Source of the DNA: Trueperaceae bacterium
Lineage (GTDB): Bacteria > Deinococcota > Deinococci > Deinococcales > Trueperaceae
Assembly: GCA_965223045.1 (NCBI GenBank)
Contig: CBDCVN010000013.1
Span: 4,167,840 to 4,231,839, forward strand
Reading direction: 5' to 3'
DNA: 64,000 nt
The notes under the pieces were generated by a model, which saw nothing but the letters and a program-made list of their open reading frames with translations, did not search any database and was not told the origin of the DNA. The translations under genes and the position numbers were made by a program. Of this stretch, positions 8,649 through 18,371 are shown in pieces (within the stretch, counting starts at the first letter, position 1; the number at the start of each line of letters is the position of its first letter).

Positions 8649-11327
8649 TTAAAACTGCTTAATATTTATTGATGATCCACCAATAATAATAAGCACTACT
8701 ACACTAACATCTATTAGAGGTAAGTAAGTTAAATATGGAAAACTACCTATTGCATACATTTGCTCACTCCAAGCAAATATAAGCCCTTCAGAGAAGTTGA
8801 AAATATTAGGTAAGGACCATTGTACAATGGCAGCTAGTAGAACAGCTAGTGAAGCATGCAGAAATTTTCTATGAAGCAATTTATGCCCTATAGAATTACT
8901 AATACCGATTCCTAATAGAAAACTGCCTAAAATAGCAGGTAATGGATTTCTAAGGAAGTTGGTAGGGCTTATGGTTAGTGACATTATCAGTGTTATAAGG
9001 GTAAAGCAGCCTGCTCCCACTGCTAATTTAAAAATGGTTTTGAGGTGCACTTTTTTTAAGTTAAGGAAAATATTAACGATTGTACTAAAGGCTATACTAG
9101 CTCCTAGCAGCATTCCCCAAAAGAAATAATCTAGGGCGGCACGAGAGTCTGAACCTATCAGACTAAGAGTTAGGTATCTAAAAAGGGTATAGAGAATTCC
9201 CACAGATATACTGCTGCTTATAAGCGAGCGAATGAATTCATCTTTCTGAATTTGTTTTAGGCTGTTTTCAACTAACTTTTCTTCTTGTTTTGTCCACTTA
9301 CGCATTCCAAGTCTGCCATCTTTAACAAGTGTTAAATCTGACTTGTCTAAAGTAGGGAAGGTTGATTTTCTTTGATATGTTAGTACACCCTCTTGCTTTA
9401 CTAAGCGGCTCTCTAAAACCCGCCTAGCCCTTTGCCCTAATTTATTAGAATTTGCAAAACGATCACGTATCAGTGGGGCAAGAATGTCATGAGTAAGGCG
9501 GATATACTTATCCTTATTGATATCTTCTTTACCTAGGTCAGCTAGCAGATAGTGCTCCTTTAACTTATCTATTAGTCCGCTTAAGTTATGGTAGTGCCCA
9601 TACCTTCTTTCGACCTTTTTAGCTAAGCGTTGTTTTGCTGTACCTACAAAGGTAGTATGGTACTCTAGGACATCTAGCACTAATCCTAAATCAACAACAT
9701 CTTTTTGCCATTTCCCAATGGTTTCAAGCCGCTCATCTAAGAAGTCTCCAAGCAAAATACCTTGTGTCCTTAACCTTTCATAAAGGGCAAGATTGAAAAT
9801 AGGCTTTGACCCGCTTATTTCCGTAGCCTTATTCCACATTTTGGTCAAAATAATTTGTAGAATTGGGGCAATGCTCGAGCCAACATCTCTTAGCAAATCT
9901 CGAGCAATAATTTCAGCCACATTATCTTCAACTATTAAGTTATAGTGATGTTTTAGTCTTTCGTTACGAGTAATTCCTTCGACAATCTCTATAACCCCTT
10001 CATAGTCAAGGGGTTCTAAGAAAAACTTCTTTACACTGGGTAATTTACTCTCACTTAACTCTTTCTCGATTTCAGCAAGCCACTCTTTACGGAAGCCAAG
10101 AATTAGTCGACCAAGAGGGCGATCTTCTAGCTGAGCGAACACTTGTTCTAAAGCTTGTATGAGTTCACTCATTTCCTGTTTCCAGCTTTGTGCTACTACT
10201 TCTTGTGGAAAACCATTATCTTTTTGGGGATTAGTATAAACTTCCTCAAGCTGATCAAGAACTACTATTAGGGGTTTCTCTACTTCTCTTTCTATACGTT
10301 GCCAACTTGCTTTCAAATTAATTTCTGTTGTTGACTTAACTTCTTTAAAAGCTTGGAGTAGACTGCCTAGGGCACCCCACTCTTGATTTCGCCGCACATA
10401 AAGCACTTTGTATGATGAAAGCCCCTTTACATCTCCCATTTTTAGTCTTGGCAATAAACCAGCTGCTAAAAAAGAAGATTTCCCCACACCTGCTTGACCA
10501 TAAAGTAGAGTGATGGCGGTGCTATCAGGGTTAGTAAGATGTTGATAAAACTCAATGATTGACTTGTTGCGACCAAAGAAAATTTCACTGTGAGCTTCAC
10601 TAAAATGATTGAGGTCACAAAAAGGTTGTTTTGGCAAATCACCTTTAGGCAAGTTAGGTAAATTAGTATCAGGTTCTTTAAGTGAAAATTCTTTAGGTAT
10701 TCTTACCTTATCCCATACCTTGTTTAAAATGTAAGTTGGTATTAGGAAGCCTGTTTTACCTATAGTCGTAGCAGCACTCATAATTCCTACAATGCATCCC
10801 AATTCACTATGCCACACACCACCACCACTAAATCCTTGCCTAATGCCTCTGCCTTGTTGATTATCGTCTACTTGTATCCAACCACTAGCAGCTTCATCAC
10901 GAAATTCTCCAGAAGCCCAAATACCTTCATTGTAGGGTTGAGGAAACCCAAAAATACGAAACTCTTTACCCCAAAACTCAGAAGTAGCATGAAGTACTGT
11001 AGGTGAAGTATCTTCAGGTTTTGAGTTTAGTAATTGTAAACCTGCTACATCTCCACTTTGATTATTTGGTTTTTCATAGAAGATAACTTTTGCCTTGTAA
11101 TTGATGTTTTCTTTACTAAAAGGGAAAGTAAGGCTAATAGCTTCTTGTAAAGGATCTCCGAGTTTATTTCCTTCAGCAGCTAAACACTCTTTAACAACAT
11201 GTGCACAAGTAAGAATGTACTGATCAGAAATCAGTACTCCAGCACCCTTGGGTTTGTTTTTACCCTTGCTACCTCCCCATAGACAAACAGCAGATTGCTT
11301 TAATTTTTGTGGCTCAGTTTGTTTCAA
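8649..11327 (-). CDS. Trypsin-like serine protease / STAND-type P-loop NTPase / polytopic membrane domain fusion (892 aa)
   Basis: Protease triad motifs LTCAHVV (His), GDVAGL (Asp) and GFSGGGVW (Ser). Then FFGR, Walker A GQAGVGKSS, Walker B VVLDQLEE and LTHDILAPLIRDRF. About six hydrophobic helices occupy the last ~190 aa. Confidence 0.8.
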   Translation of the reverse strand: MKQTEPQKLKQSAVCLWGGSKGKNKPKGAGVLISDQYILTCAHVVKECLAAEGNKLGDPLQEAISLTFPFSKENINYKAKVIFYEKPNNQSGDVAGLQLLNSKPEDTSPTVLHATSEFWGKEFRIFGFPQPYNEGIWASGEFRDEAASGWIQVDDNQQGRGIRQGFSGGGVWHSELGCIVGIMSAATTIGKTGFLIPTYILNKVWDKVRIPKEFSLKEPDTNLPNLPKGDLPKQPFCDLNHFSEAHSEIFFGRNKSIIEFYQHLTNPDSTAITLLYGQAGVGKSSFLAAGLLPRLKMGDVKGLSSYKVLYVRRNQEWGALGSLLQAFKEVKSTTEINLKASWQRIEREVEKPLIVVLDQLEEVYTNPQKDNGFPQEVVAQSWKQEMSELIQALEQVFAQLEDRPLGRLILGFRKEWLAEIEKELSESKLPSVKKFFLEPLDYEGVIEIVEGITRNERLKHHYNLIVEDNVAEIIARDLLRDVGSSIAPILQIILTKMWNKATEISGSKPIFNLALYERLRTQGILLGDFLDERLETIGKWQKDVVDLGLVLDVLEYHTTFVGTAKQRLAKKVERRYGHYHNLSGLIDKLKEHYLLADLGKEDINKDKYIRLTHDILAPLIRDRFANSNKLGQRARRVLESRLVKQEGVLTYQRKSTFPTLDKSDLTLVKDGRLGMRKWTKQEEKLVENSLKQIQKDEFIRSLISSSISVGILYTLFRYLTLSLIGSDSRAALDYFFWGMLLGASIAFSTIVNIFLNLKKVHLKTIFKLAVGAGCFTLITLIMSLTISPTNFLRNPLPAILGSFLLGIGISNSIGHKLLHRKFLHASLAVLLAAIVQWSLPNIFNFSEGLIFAWSEQMYAIGSFPYLTYLPLIDVSVVVLIIIGGSSINIKQF

Positions 11328-11425
11328 TTAGCTGGTCCTTTTTTGGAGTTGTGATTACTTTATTTATTCCTACACCTTGATCTGCATATTTCATTAACCA
11401 AGCAGCTTGTTAATCAGCAAAAGAT

Positions 11426-12406
11426 TTAACTTTTGCGAGGAATAAATACTATAGCAATAAGCCCAAACCAAAACTTTTCCCAATTGATCTCTTCAACTAA
11501 AGAAAGTTCTTGCCAATTTTTAGGTTGCTCGAGAGTAATATGTAAAGTATTAAATGAAGAGGTTATCTCAAGGTGATCACCTAAAAAGGATAGTGGCTCC
11601 TCTTTAAGATCAGTAATTAAGCGTAAAATCCAAGCAGTATCTTGTAAACTAGCAAGCAAATCCGCTGCTGTTTCTTGGGGAGAGAGTTCTAAAGAGAACT
11701 CTAAAAACTCATAATTTGGTTCAATATTTATGAGCTGGGTTTCAAAGTCTACAAAGCGGGCCAAACGTGGCTCAGTAAAAATCCTTACTGTAGGATTTTG
11801 CTGTTCTTCTTCAGCTCTATAAATATAGGTTAAACCACTTGCTGGTGGCATAAATCCTACTTCTTGTGAATTGTCTAAACTAGCATGAATTATTGAATCA
11901 TAAAGCTGATTTTGGGCTTGGCTATCCTCTACTAGCATTTCACCTAGTAAGTCTTGCACTTTTGGATCAGACACCTGAGCTGCACCCAATAAAGCATTCT
12001 CTAAGGCGTAGTTTTCGCGATACATCTTGTAGCGATTAGCAAATATCTTGCTGGCCTCTTCATCACCTACTAGCTGAGCTACTTTATCAGCAAAGCAATA
12101 AAAAAAACCTCTAAAGGGGTCAACTCTTAACTTGAGATTTTGAGTTGCCTTAGCTACTTCCAAAGCCCGCCTATTATCGCCTTTTGCAAACATTAAAAGT
12201 GAATCGGTGGCTTGCCTTAACAAGAAAAGGTTAGTTTTGCTAGCAGAATTAGCTGCCTCTGAGCTTTTTGGCAATGTTTTATATGTTGAGGAATTTTGGA
12301 AGCTGGTCAAAATTAGCTTATCTTCCTTTGTGAGTACTTCTGAGAGAACTACTTTTTGAAGCAAGGGCTGTAAACGTTTAAAATTACTTATGAAATGTGC
12401 CATCAC
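11426..12406 (-). CDS. Hypothetical protein (326 aa) with C-terminal membrane anchor
   Basis: 4-nt ATGA overlap with the upstream gene. Single hydrophobic segment FWFGLIAIVFIP at the extreme C-terminus. No known motif. Confidence 0.6.
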   Translation of the reverse strand: MMAHFISNFKRLQPLLQKVVLSEVLTKEDKLILTSFQNSSTYKTLPKSSEAANSASKTNLFLLRQATDSLLMFAKGDNRRALEVAKATQNLKLRVDPFRGFFYCFADKVAQLVGDEEASKIFANRYKMYRENYALENALLGAAQVSDPKVQDLLGEMLVEDSQAQNQLYDSIIHASLDNSQEVGFMPPASGLTYIYRAEEEQQNPTVRIFTEPRLARFVDFETQLINIEPNYEFLEFSLELSPQETAADLLASLQDTAWILRLITDLKEEPLSFLGDHLEITSSFNTLHITLEQPKNWQELSLVEEINWEKFWFGLIAIVFIPRKS

Positions 12407-13500
12407 TTTCCTTTTGCTTTAATCCGAAAAATAACTGCCTCTAAAACGGCAGCCTCAATAGTTTCAATATTATCTAAGTGTTCTTGCACAGATTCATGCC
12501 AAGGTTTGCCTCCAAAGAGTTCAGGAAAATCATCACAGTGCTCGAGCCACCCGTCAATAACTCTTATTGCTTGAGGAAAAGCAGCACTTAGGCTCAGGCA
12601 TACTAACTCAAGTGGACGGCGGCTATCTTCTCTACTATCAACACCAAAAAGTACTCCAAAGTTTATTTTATCTTGTTCAGAGAGGTAGCAACTTGCTGCC
12701 TGCCATTGCCTTGCCATAAGCTTTATATCTTTTCTTTTAAAGGGAGTAGAATCTGTAGCAAGAATGTAGAACACTGCAAAGCTATAATCTTTTGGTACTA
12801 AATTATATTTATCTTCCAAATAATCAGCAATAATGTTTAGTAGAGAAGTGCCAGAAAGAGGTAAGCAACCAAAAACGTAAAGGAGTGGGAGCAAATCATT
12901 TTTAGGCCATAGTTTAATTACCTCATACCAAGATTCACTAAAAAGTTGGCGCACCAACTTAAGCAAGCTCCCACCAATAGCGTGCTTACCTTTATTATCT
13001 ACTTGTGCAAGGTTTGGTAACCAAGCAAATATATCTGCTACACTCATTGAATCTATATCGAGTTGGTCAAGGTATTCATTACCCAAATAGAGTTTTAAAG
13101 GACTTTCTTGCGTCAAATAATTTTTAATGGTTATGTCAGTGAGGGTTGCTATTTCATTTAAGGAAATGTTTTTCAAGCAGGCTATGAAGTTTTGCCACGG
13201 TTGCTCGAGCCCCTTTTGAATAAGGCGTTTTATCTCTTTTTCACTCTTGCCAGACAGCAAATAGCCATTTAAATAATCGCTCACCACATCAAAAAGCAAT
13301 GCTAGCCATTGGTGTGGTGCTTTACTTGGACAATATTTAGAAGTCTCTCTAACAAAAGCAAGTTCTAAAAAGTGTAAAATAAAAAAGTGGCGACCTCTTG
13401 CTAAGTCACCACGTCCTTTGAGGGCCAAATTATAAAAGTGATCCACAAGCCACTGAAATTTATAACTACTATTATTTACCATGTAAGTTACCTCCAGCAC
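12403..13500 (-). CDS. Hypothetical cytosolic protein (365 aa), first gene of the operon
   Basis: Long ORF with coding-like composition, translationally coupled to the next gene. No known motif. Confidence 0.6.
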   Translation of the reverse strand: MLEVTYMVNNSSYKFQWLVDHFYNLALKGRGDLARGRHFFILHFLELAFVRETSKYCPSKAPHQWLALLFDVVSDYLNGYLLSGKSEKEIKRLIQKGLEQPWQNFIACLKNISLNEIATLTDITIKNYLTQESPLKLYLGNEYLDQLDIDSMSVADIFAWLPNLAQVDNKGKHAIGGSLLKLVRQLFSESWYEVIKLWPKNDLLPLLYVFGCLPLSGTSLLNIIADYLEDKYNLVPKDYSFAVFYILATDSTPFKRKDIKLMARQWQAASCYLSEQDKINFGVLFGVDSREDSRRPLELVCLSLSAAFPQAIRVIDGWLEHCDDFPELFGGKPWHESVQEHLDNIETIEAAVLEAVIFRIKAKGK

Positions 13501-13738
13501 ACTGACTTACCTTATAGTAAGATTACTACTTTTACAGGAAAGTTAGAGAATGGTTGATCGGTAATCGACTCAAATCTGTTTGAGCCTCTATATCACTAAC
13601 CACAAAAATTAGAAATCAGTTTTGTATAGGCTACATACCACAGGTAATTTCAGACTTTATTAACCTTCTACTCAAGTTGGTAGCCTAATTTTTCTTTAGG
13701 GTTTTTAGTAAACCCTTGTTAATTTTAAGGAGTTAATT

Positions 13739-14431
13739 TTGAAAAGCCTGCTTTTCTTACTAATATTTATAATTGCTTTGGCAAACGCTCAGAGTCTAAC
13801 TGCAGAAGAAATACTTGCGGAACTCGAGCAATCTGCAAAGTCACTAGAAGATGCTGAATTTTTGCTTACAGGCAAAATTATTGATTCTATAGATAATACA
13901 GAAATAGAGCTTGAAATTGAATGCCAACTTATTTCTAAAGAAGAAGTAGGGAAAGCCTATTTTATTAAGCCTGAGGCTTTAGCCGATAACTTTATTGTCT
14001 ATAATGAAGATACTGTCTATAATTACCTTTTTCTAACCAATCAAGTTACTGTTTTAGATGCTCGAGATCCTGATGCCTTAGGTGGTCTTTTTCCTGAAGC
14101 AGAAGATGCTAAGGAAGATCTCAATCTAGACCTAAGTTTAGAGAGTCTTTTTGTAGATTGGGATGTATCTATTTTAGATTATGGAGATACCCCTTTGGGC
14201 AAGGCCTACCACTTACGCTTTGATGATACTACTGAAGACGAAGATGGTATAGATTATGTAATTGCTGTAGTTTTAGACGATACCTGGGATCCTTATAAGT
14301 TGTCTTTTTATGAACAAAATGATTATCTTTTAGCTGAATTACAATTTAATGATTTTCAGCGTAATATTGACCTAGACTCTGAAGAAGTAATTTATATTCC
14401 TGAAGACGCAGAAGTAATTGATGAAAGGTAG
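13739..14431 (+). CDS. Secreted acidic protein, possibly with a LolA-like fold
   Basis: Signal peptide (LLIFIIALANAQS), TTG start. The N-terminal layout resembles outer-membrane lipoprotein-sorting (LolA-like) proteins. Weak assignment. Confidence 0.45.
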   Translation: MKSLLFLLIFIIALANAQSLTAEEILAELEQSAKSLEDAEFLLTGKIIDSIDNTEIELEIECQLISKEEVGKAYFIKPEALADNFIVYNEDTVYNYLFLTNQVTVLDARDPDALGGLFPEAEDAKEDLNLDLSLESLFVDWDVSILDYGDTPLGKAYHLRFDDTTEDEDGIDYVIAVVLDDTWDPYKLSFYEQNDYLLAELQFNDFQRNIDLDSEEVIYIPEDAEVIDER

Positions 14432-14501
14432 GCTACTACAAAGTTTTGATGCTTGCAGGGAATTTCTCGCAAATTTTTAGCCAACATGAGGTTCTGTAAG
14501 T

Positions 14502-14510
14502 TGTGGATAA
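14502..14510 (-). promoter_or_regulatory. Perfect DnaA box (TGTGGATAA, complement of TTATCCACA)
   Basis: Exact 9-mer match to the canonical DnaA box, in the 216-bp intergenic region. Confidence 0.5.
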
Positions 14511-14646
14511 CTTACGAACTTGACAGAGTGCTGACAATTTTGTTAGTTTACCTTAATTCATAAGTGAGTAACCGAGAAGCCTTGCCAGAAGGCCATAATT
14601 GCTTTAAGTTAATATTGCTTTTATTTATGCTAATGTTTAATAAAAA

Positions 14647-14670
14647 GTTATCCACAACCTTGTGGATAAC
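14647..14670. promoter_or_regulatory. Inverted pair of perfect DnaA boxes (GTTATCCACAA-CC-TTGTGGATAAC); could also act as a hairpin terminator
   Basis: Two exact TTATCCACA 9-mers in inverted orientation, preceded by an AT-rich tract (14606-14646) and followed by a T-run. Overlaps the last codons of trpF. Confidence 0.5.
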
Positions 14671-15271
14671 TAGTGTTTTTTGCATTAAGAATAAAATCTA
14701 ACATTTTTTGATAATCCTTTATACCGTAATTTACTTCTACTCCAGAAGATACATCAACAGCATAAGGCTTAAAGAGTTCCACACCTTGACTAACGTTTTC
14801 AGGAGTGAGTCCTCCTGCTAGTATAAACTTAGATATTTTTGGTAAGTAATTAGCTTTTGACCAGTCAAAAGTTTTGCCACTACCTGGCACATCACCATCA
14901 ACCAAAATTGCATCAGCTGATGAGCTTTGTAAGACATTAACATCTACAGGAGTTTTTATGTTAATAGCTTTAATAACAGGAAAATGCTCTTTGATTTTGA
15001 GTATGTAGGTTTCAGATTCCTTCCCATGAAGTTGCACTGCGCTTAACTGTAAACGTTTGGCCAAATCTAAAACATATTTAGGATTTGCATTTGCAAAAAC
15101 ACCTATCCTAGCTGTAAATACTCCTAAAGCTTTACAAATATTTAGAGCCTTATCAAAATCTATAAAGCGTTTGGAACTCTCACAAAAAACTAACCCTATA
15201 GCATCTGCACCTGCCCTTTCAGCACAAAGAGCATCCTTAGCACTAGTTATACCACAAATTTTAACTTTCAT
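14648..15271 (-). CDS. trpF: Phosphoribosylanthranilate isomerase
   Basis: N-terminus MKVKICGIT, then GADAIGLVF. About 205 aa, a typical TrpF layout. Confidence 0.9.
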   Translation of the reverse strand: MKVKICGITSAKDALCAERAGADAIGLVFCESSKRFIDFDKALNICKALGVFTARIGVFANANPKYVLDLAKRLQLSAVQLHGKESETYILKIKEHFPVIKAINIKTPVDVNVLQSSSADAILVDGDVPGSGKTFDWSKANYLPKISKFILAGGLTPENVSQGVELFKPYAVDVSSGVEVNYGIKDYQKMLDFILNAKNTSYPQGCG

Positions 15272-15291
15272 TATTTGTATTTATTATCAGC

Positions 15292-16608
15292 TTAATTAGT
15301 TTTTTGACTCCTCATAGTTACATTACTAGTTACATTACTGTGTTTGGGACTAACTATTTCACGGGTTCGTGGGGTTTTAACCCAGCGCATCTCACGCTGT
15401 AATAGAGCATCTTTACAGATGTCAATTAAAGCTTTAGCTGAAACTGGCACAAAGAGTTGTGCATAAGTAAAGTAACTTAGAAAACCTAAAAGATAGTTCG
15501 ATGGTTGTGGTTCCTCAACATGTGTAGCAAAAGTAACCTGATAGCTATATATAAAAAAAGATAATGCCCAGACTAGGCTAAAAATTATGGGCACTGTAAC
15601 TTCTGCTAGACCTGTTATATTCAGAAGAAAAACACTGTGGCTTAAGAAAAGAGTAGGTAGGAAAATGACATAATTAAGCAAGATGTTTATAAATTCTAAG
15701 CCTACCATGCGTGGTTTTTTTATGGCTGTTGGAAAATACTTCCAGACTACATAAAGATTACCCCTTGCCCAACGTACTCGTTGCCTAAACCATACTGGTA
15801 AAGTTTCTGGTTCTTGTTCCCAGGTAACAGCTTCGGGGATCCAACGGATACGCTTACCTTTCTCAAATATGCGTAAGCTCATTTCCATATCATCAACTAG
15901 TGAGCTTTCATCAAAACCACCAAGTTCTAGTAAGGTGTTTTTATAAATAAGATAGTTAGTGCCCATTAGTGTAGAAAGTTTAAACCAATGCCAGCGACCT
16001 GCTTGAAAAAGCCACTGAAAATTAATGAACTCTATGTTTATAAAGCGGGTTAAAAGGCTTGCATTACGATTACGAGTACGCACTTTGCCATTTACTGCAA
16101 CAAGTTCTGGATCACTTAAAAGTGTATGAACAAGATACTTAAGCGCGTCTGTTTTAGGAGTGTTATCTGCATCATAAACAGCTATAAGCTCACCTTTTGC
16201 ATACTTTAAACCACAATTTAATGTAGCGGATTTACCTTTACCTCCTTCTCCTTTAGGAACATTTATACAGGTAAGGTTAGAAACATCTTGGCATAATGAC
16301 TCCAAGATATCACCTGTATTGTCACTTGAACCATCATTAATAGCGATAATTTCAAAATTAGGATAGTCTAAAGCCTGAAAAGAACGTATGCTTTTCTCTA
16401 TCACTAGGGATTCGTTGTGGGCAGGCACTAAAATAGATACCAGAGGAGAGTTTTTAAATTTCAGATTTTCTAGTGGAGTTTTGTGAAAATTTCTATGATA
16501 AAGGTAGGCACCCCAACTCAGAATAAGCCAATAAATAAGTGCCACAAACATACCTAGAAGGGCAACAGAGAAAAGTAGATTAATTGTTGACATATACCAT
16601 GCTTTCAC
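15292..16608 (-). CDS. Family 2 glycosyltransferase, processive synthase type (membrane-bound)
   Basis: ILVPAHNE, DADN and QRVRWARG (QxxRW) motifs, with an N-terminal and several C-terminal transmembrane helices. Confidence 0.85.
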   Translation of the reverse strand: MKAWYMSTINLLFSVALLGMFVALIYWLILSWGAYLYHRNFHKTPLENLKFKNSPLVSILVPAHNESLVIEKSIRSFQALDYPNFEIIAINDGSSDNTGDILESLCQDVSNLTCINVPKGEGGKGKSATLNCGLKYAKGELIAVYDADNTPKTDALKYLVHTLLSDPELVAVNGKVRTRNRNASLLTRFINIEFINFQWLFQAGRWHWFKLSTLMGTNYLIYKNTLLELGGFDESSLVDDMEMSLRIFEKGKRIRWIPEAVTWEQEPETLPVWFRQRVRWARGNLYVVWKYFPTAIKKPRMVGLEFINILLNYVIFLPTLFLSHSVFLLNITGLAEVTVPIIFSLVWALSFFIYSYQVTFATHVEEPQPSNYLLGFLSYFTYAQLFVPVSAKALIDICKDALLQREMRWVKTPRTREIVSPKHSNVTSNVTMRSQKTN

Positions 16609-17151
16609 CTAAAGATTTATAGACTTGGTAGTAACAAAAAGAAAGCAAAGGCAATTTGCTCAAATCAAAAGTTATTTTTAATTGCATAAAAAATTCTTAC
16701 CTCATAAAGTTCTTGAATTAGGTGTTTTTATAAAAAATTTCAGGGCTATAGTCTTTAGGTTGAAAAGTAATTACAAACCATTATTGCTTGCCTGACCACA
16801 AGGATCTTTTAGCACAACAGTTAGTTGGGAAAGCTTTTTCCCAAAGTAGAAGCTGTGTTCCTGTAAGGCATAGATTATGCTGAAAAGCTAGCTCTTCCAA
16901 GGATGTAATGATGAATGTATCTCTCATAGCACAATGCATTAAAATTCTTCATTTAATTTACCCTCATAAAAGTTCATAATTACATCTTTCCATTTTATGG
17001 AATGCAGGGGATGAAGCTTCCTGAAAATCCATATAGGTAAATACATTTGATTTTTTAAAAGTTATAATGATTATGTTGCTCATTTTATTCCTTATAAATG
17101 AAGATTAATAAATTAAGTATAAAGTAACATTAACTTAGAAGATCATATACT

Positions 17152-18258
17152 TTAGCAAATGATACCACCACCTAAAAGTCGATTATCTTCATATATTACT
17201 GCTGATTGACCTTTAGTAATAGCAAAAACTGGTTTATCAAAGCTTAACTTAAAACTACTCTCACTTATGCGCTGAAAAGTTGCTGTTTGAGGACTTTGGC
17301 GATAACGTGTTTGTGCCAAGACCTTTTTAGGTATATTGTCAGTTAAGAAATTAGCCCCTTTAGCTTCTAGATCAAAGGAGTAGCACATTTCTCTTGTACC
17401 TACTACAACAGCATTGTTTTCAACATCAAGTTTCATCACAAAACGTTCTAAATGAGAGTGATAAAGCCCTAAACCTTTACGTTGTCCTATAGTATAAAAT
17501 TGTAAACCTTGATGTTCTCCAATCACTTTATAGCTATCTGTTGCATCTATAATTGGCCCTAATTTTGGTTTAGTATTTTCCTTCAAGTAATCTTTAACCG
17601 TTGTTGAAATAAAACAAAGACTATGGGAGGAAGGTTTGTAAGCGGTAGTAAATTTACGTTTTTCAGCTTCATGCCTCACTTGGTCTTTGCTAAGATTTGC
17701 TAAAGGGAAGAGTAAATAGGGAAGGTTTTCCTTAACAATAGCCCAAAGAAAGTAGGTTTGATCTTTATTATCATTACCTCTATGAAGCTCTACACCTTCT
17801 TGACCAACTATCTGCTTGACATAGTGACCAGTAGCTAGGTAATTACAGCCAAGCATAAAGGCTTTTTTTAATAGTGCCCCGAACTTAATCTCGCGGTTGC
17901 ACCCTACACAAGGATTAGGAGTCTCACCTTTTTGATAGATTTGGGGGAATGGGTTAATGACTACATCTTCAAAAGTATCACGATAATCTACTAAGTAAAA
18001 AGGTATTTCTAGGCTGTCGGCGATTCGTCTAGCATCATAGGCGGCTTCGGGGCTACAGCAAAGGTCGAAAGCTCCACAAGCTTTGTCATCAGGCCAGAAA
18101 CGCATCATTACACCTACAACTTCAAACCCCTGCTCCTTCAAAAGTGCAGCTGTTAATGAGGAGTCTACACCACCTGACATAGCACAGAGGACTTTGGTGT
18201 GAGGCATAGCTTTACTAGAATACTTTTTGTTGGAGGTGTTTTTTGGCACACTGATCAT
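17152..18258 (-). CDS. mnmA: tRNA 2-thiouridine(34) synthase MnmA
   Basis: PP-loop CAMSGGVDSS and conserved CVGCN. The true start may be the internal Met at 18207. Confidence 0.95.
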   Translation of the reverse strand: MISVPKNTSNKKYSSKAMPHTKVLCAMSGGVDSSLTAALLKEQGFEVVGVMMRFWPDDKACGAFDLCCSPEAAYDARRIADSLEIPFYLVDYRDTFEDVVINPFPQIYQKGETPNPCVGCNREIKFGALLKKAFMLGCNYLATGHYVKQIVGQEGVELHRGNDNKDQTYFLWAIVKENLPYLLFPLANLSKDQVRHEAEKRKFTTAYKPSSHSLCFISTTVKDYLKENTKPKLGPIIDATDSYKVIGEHQGLQFYTIGQRKGLGLYHSHLERFVMKLDVENNAVVVGTREMCYSFDLEAKGANFLTDNIPKKVLAQTRYRQSPQTATFQRISESSFKLSFDKPVFAITKGQSAVIYEDNRLLGGGIIC

Positions 18259-18371
18259 TGAAGTATATATTATAGGAGGATTAATTAAGTTTTATAAAAC
18301 ATTCAAATCACTTACTAAAAAGGATGGGTTTATCAGCATATATCTAAGCAGAAAAGGTTAGAATCAAATCT

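Noticed and set aside
14647-14670. The palindrome could be nothing more than an intrinsic terminator.
   Set aside because: Not fully rejected, and kept as an alternative. But both arms are exact DnaA-box 9-mers, and a third exact box lies 140 bp away, which a plain terminator does not explain.
16609-17151. The 540-bp gap between the glycosyltransferase gene and mnmA contains short minus-strand ORFs (38 and 52 aa).
   Set aside because: They have no recognisable motifs, no convincing ribosome-binding context and low-complexity AT-rich sequence. The evidence is insufficient to call genes.
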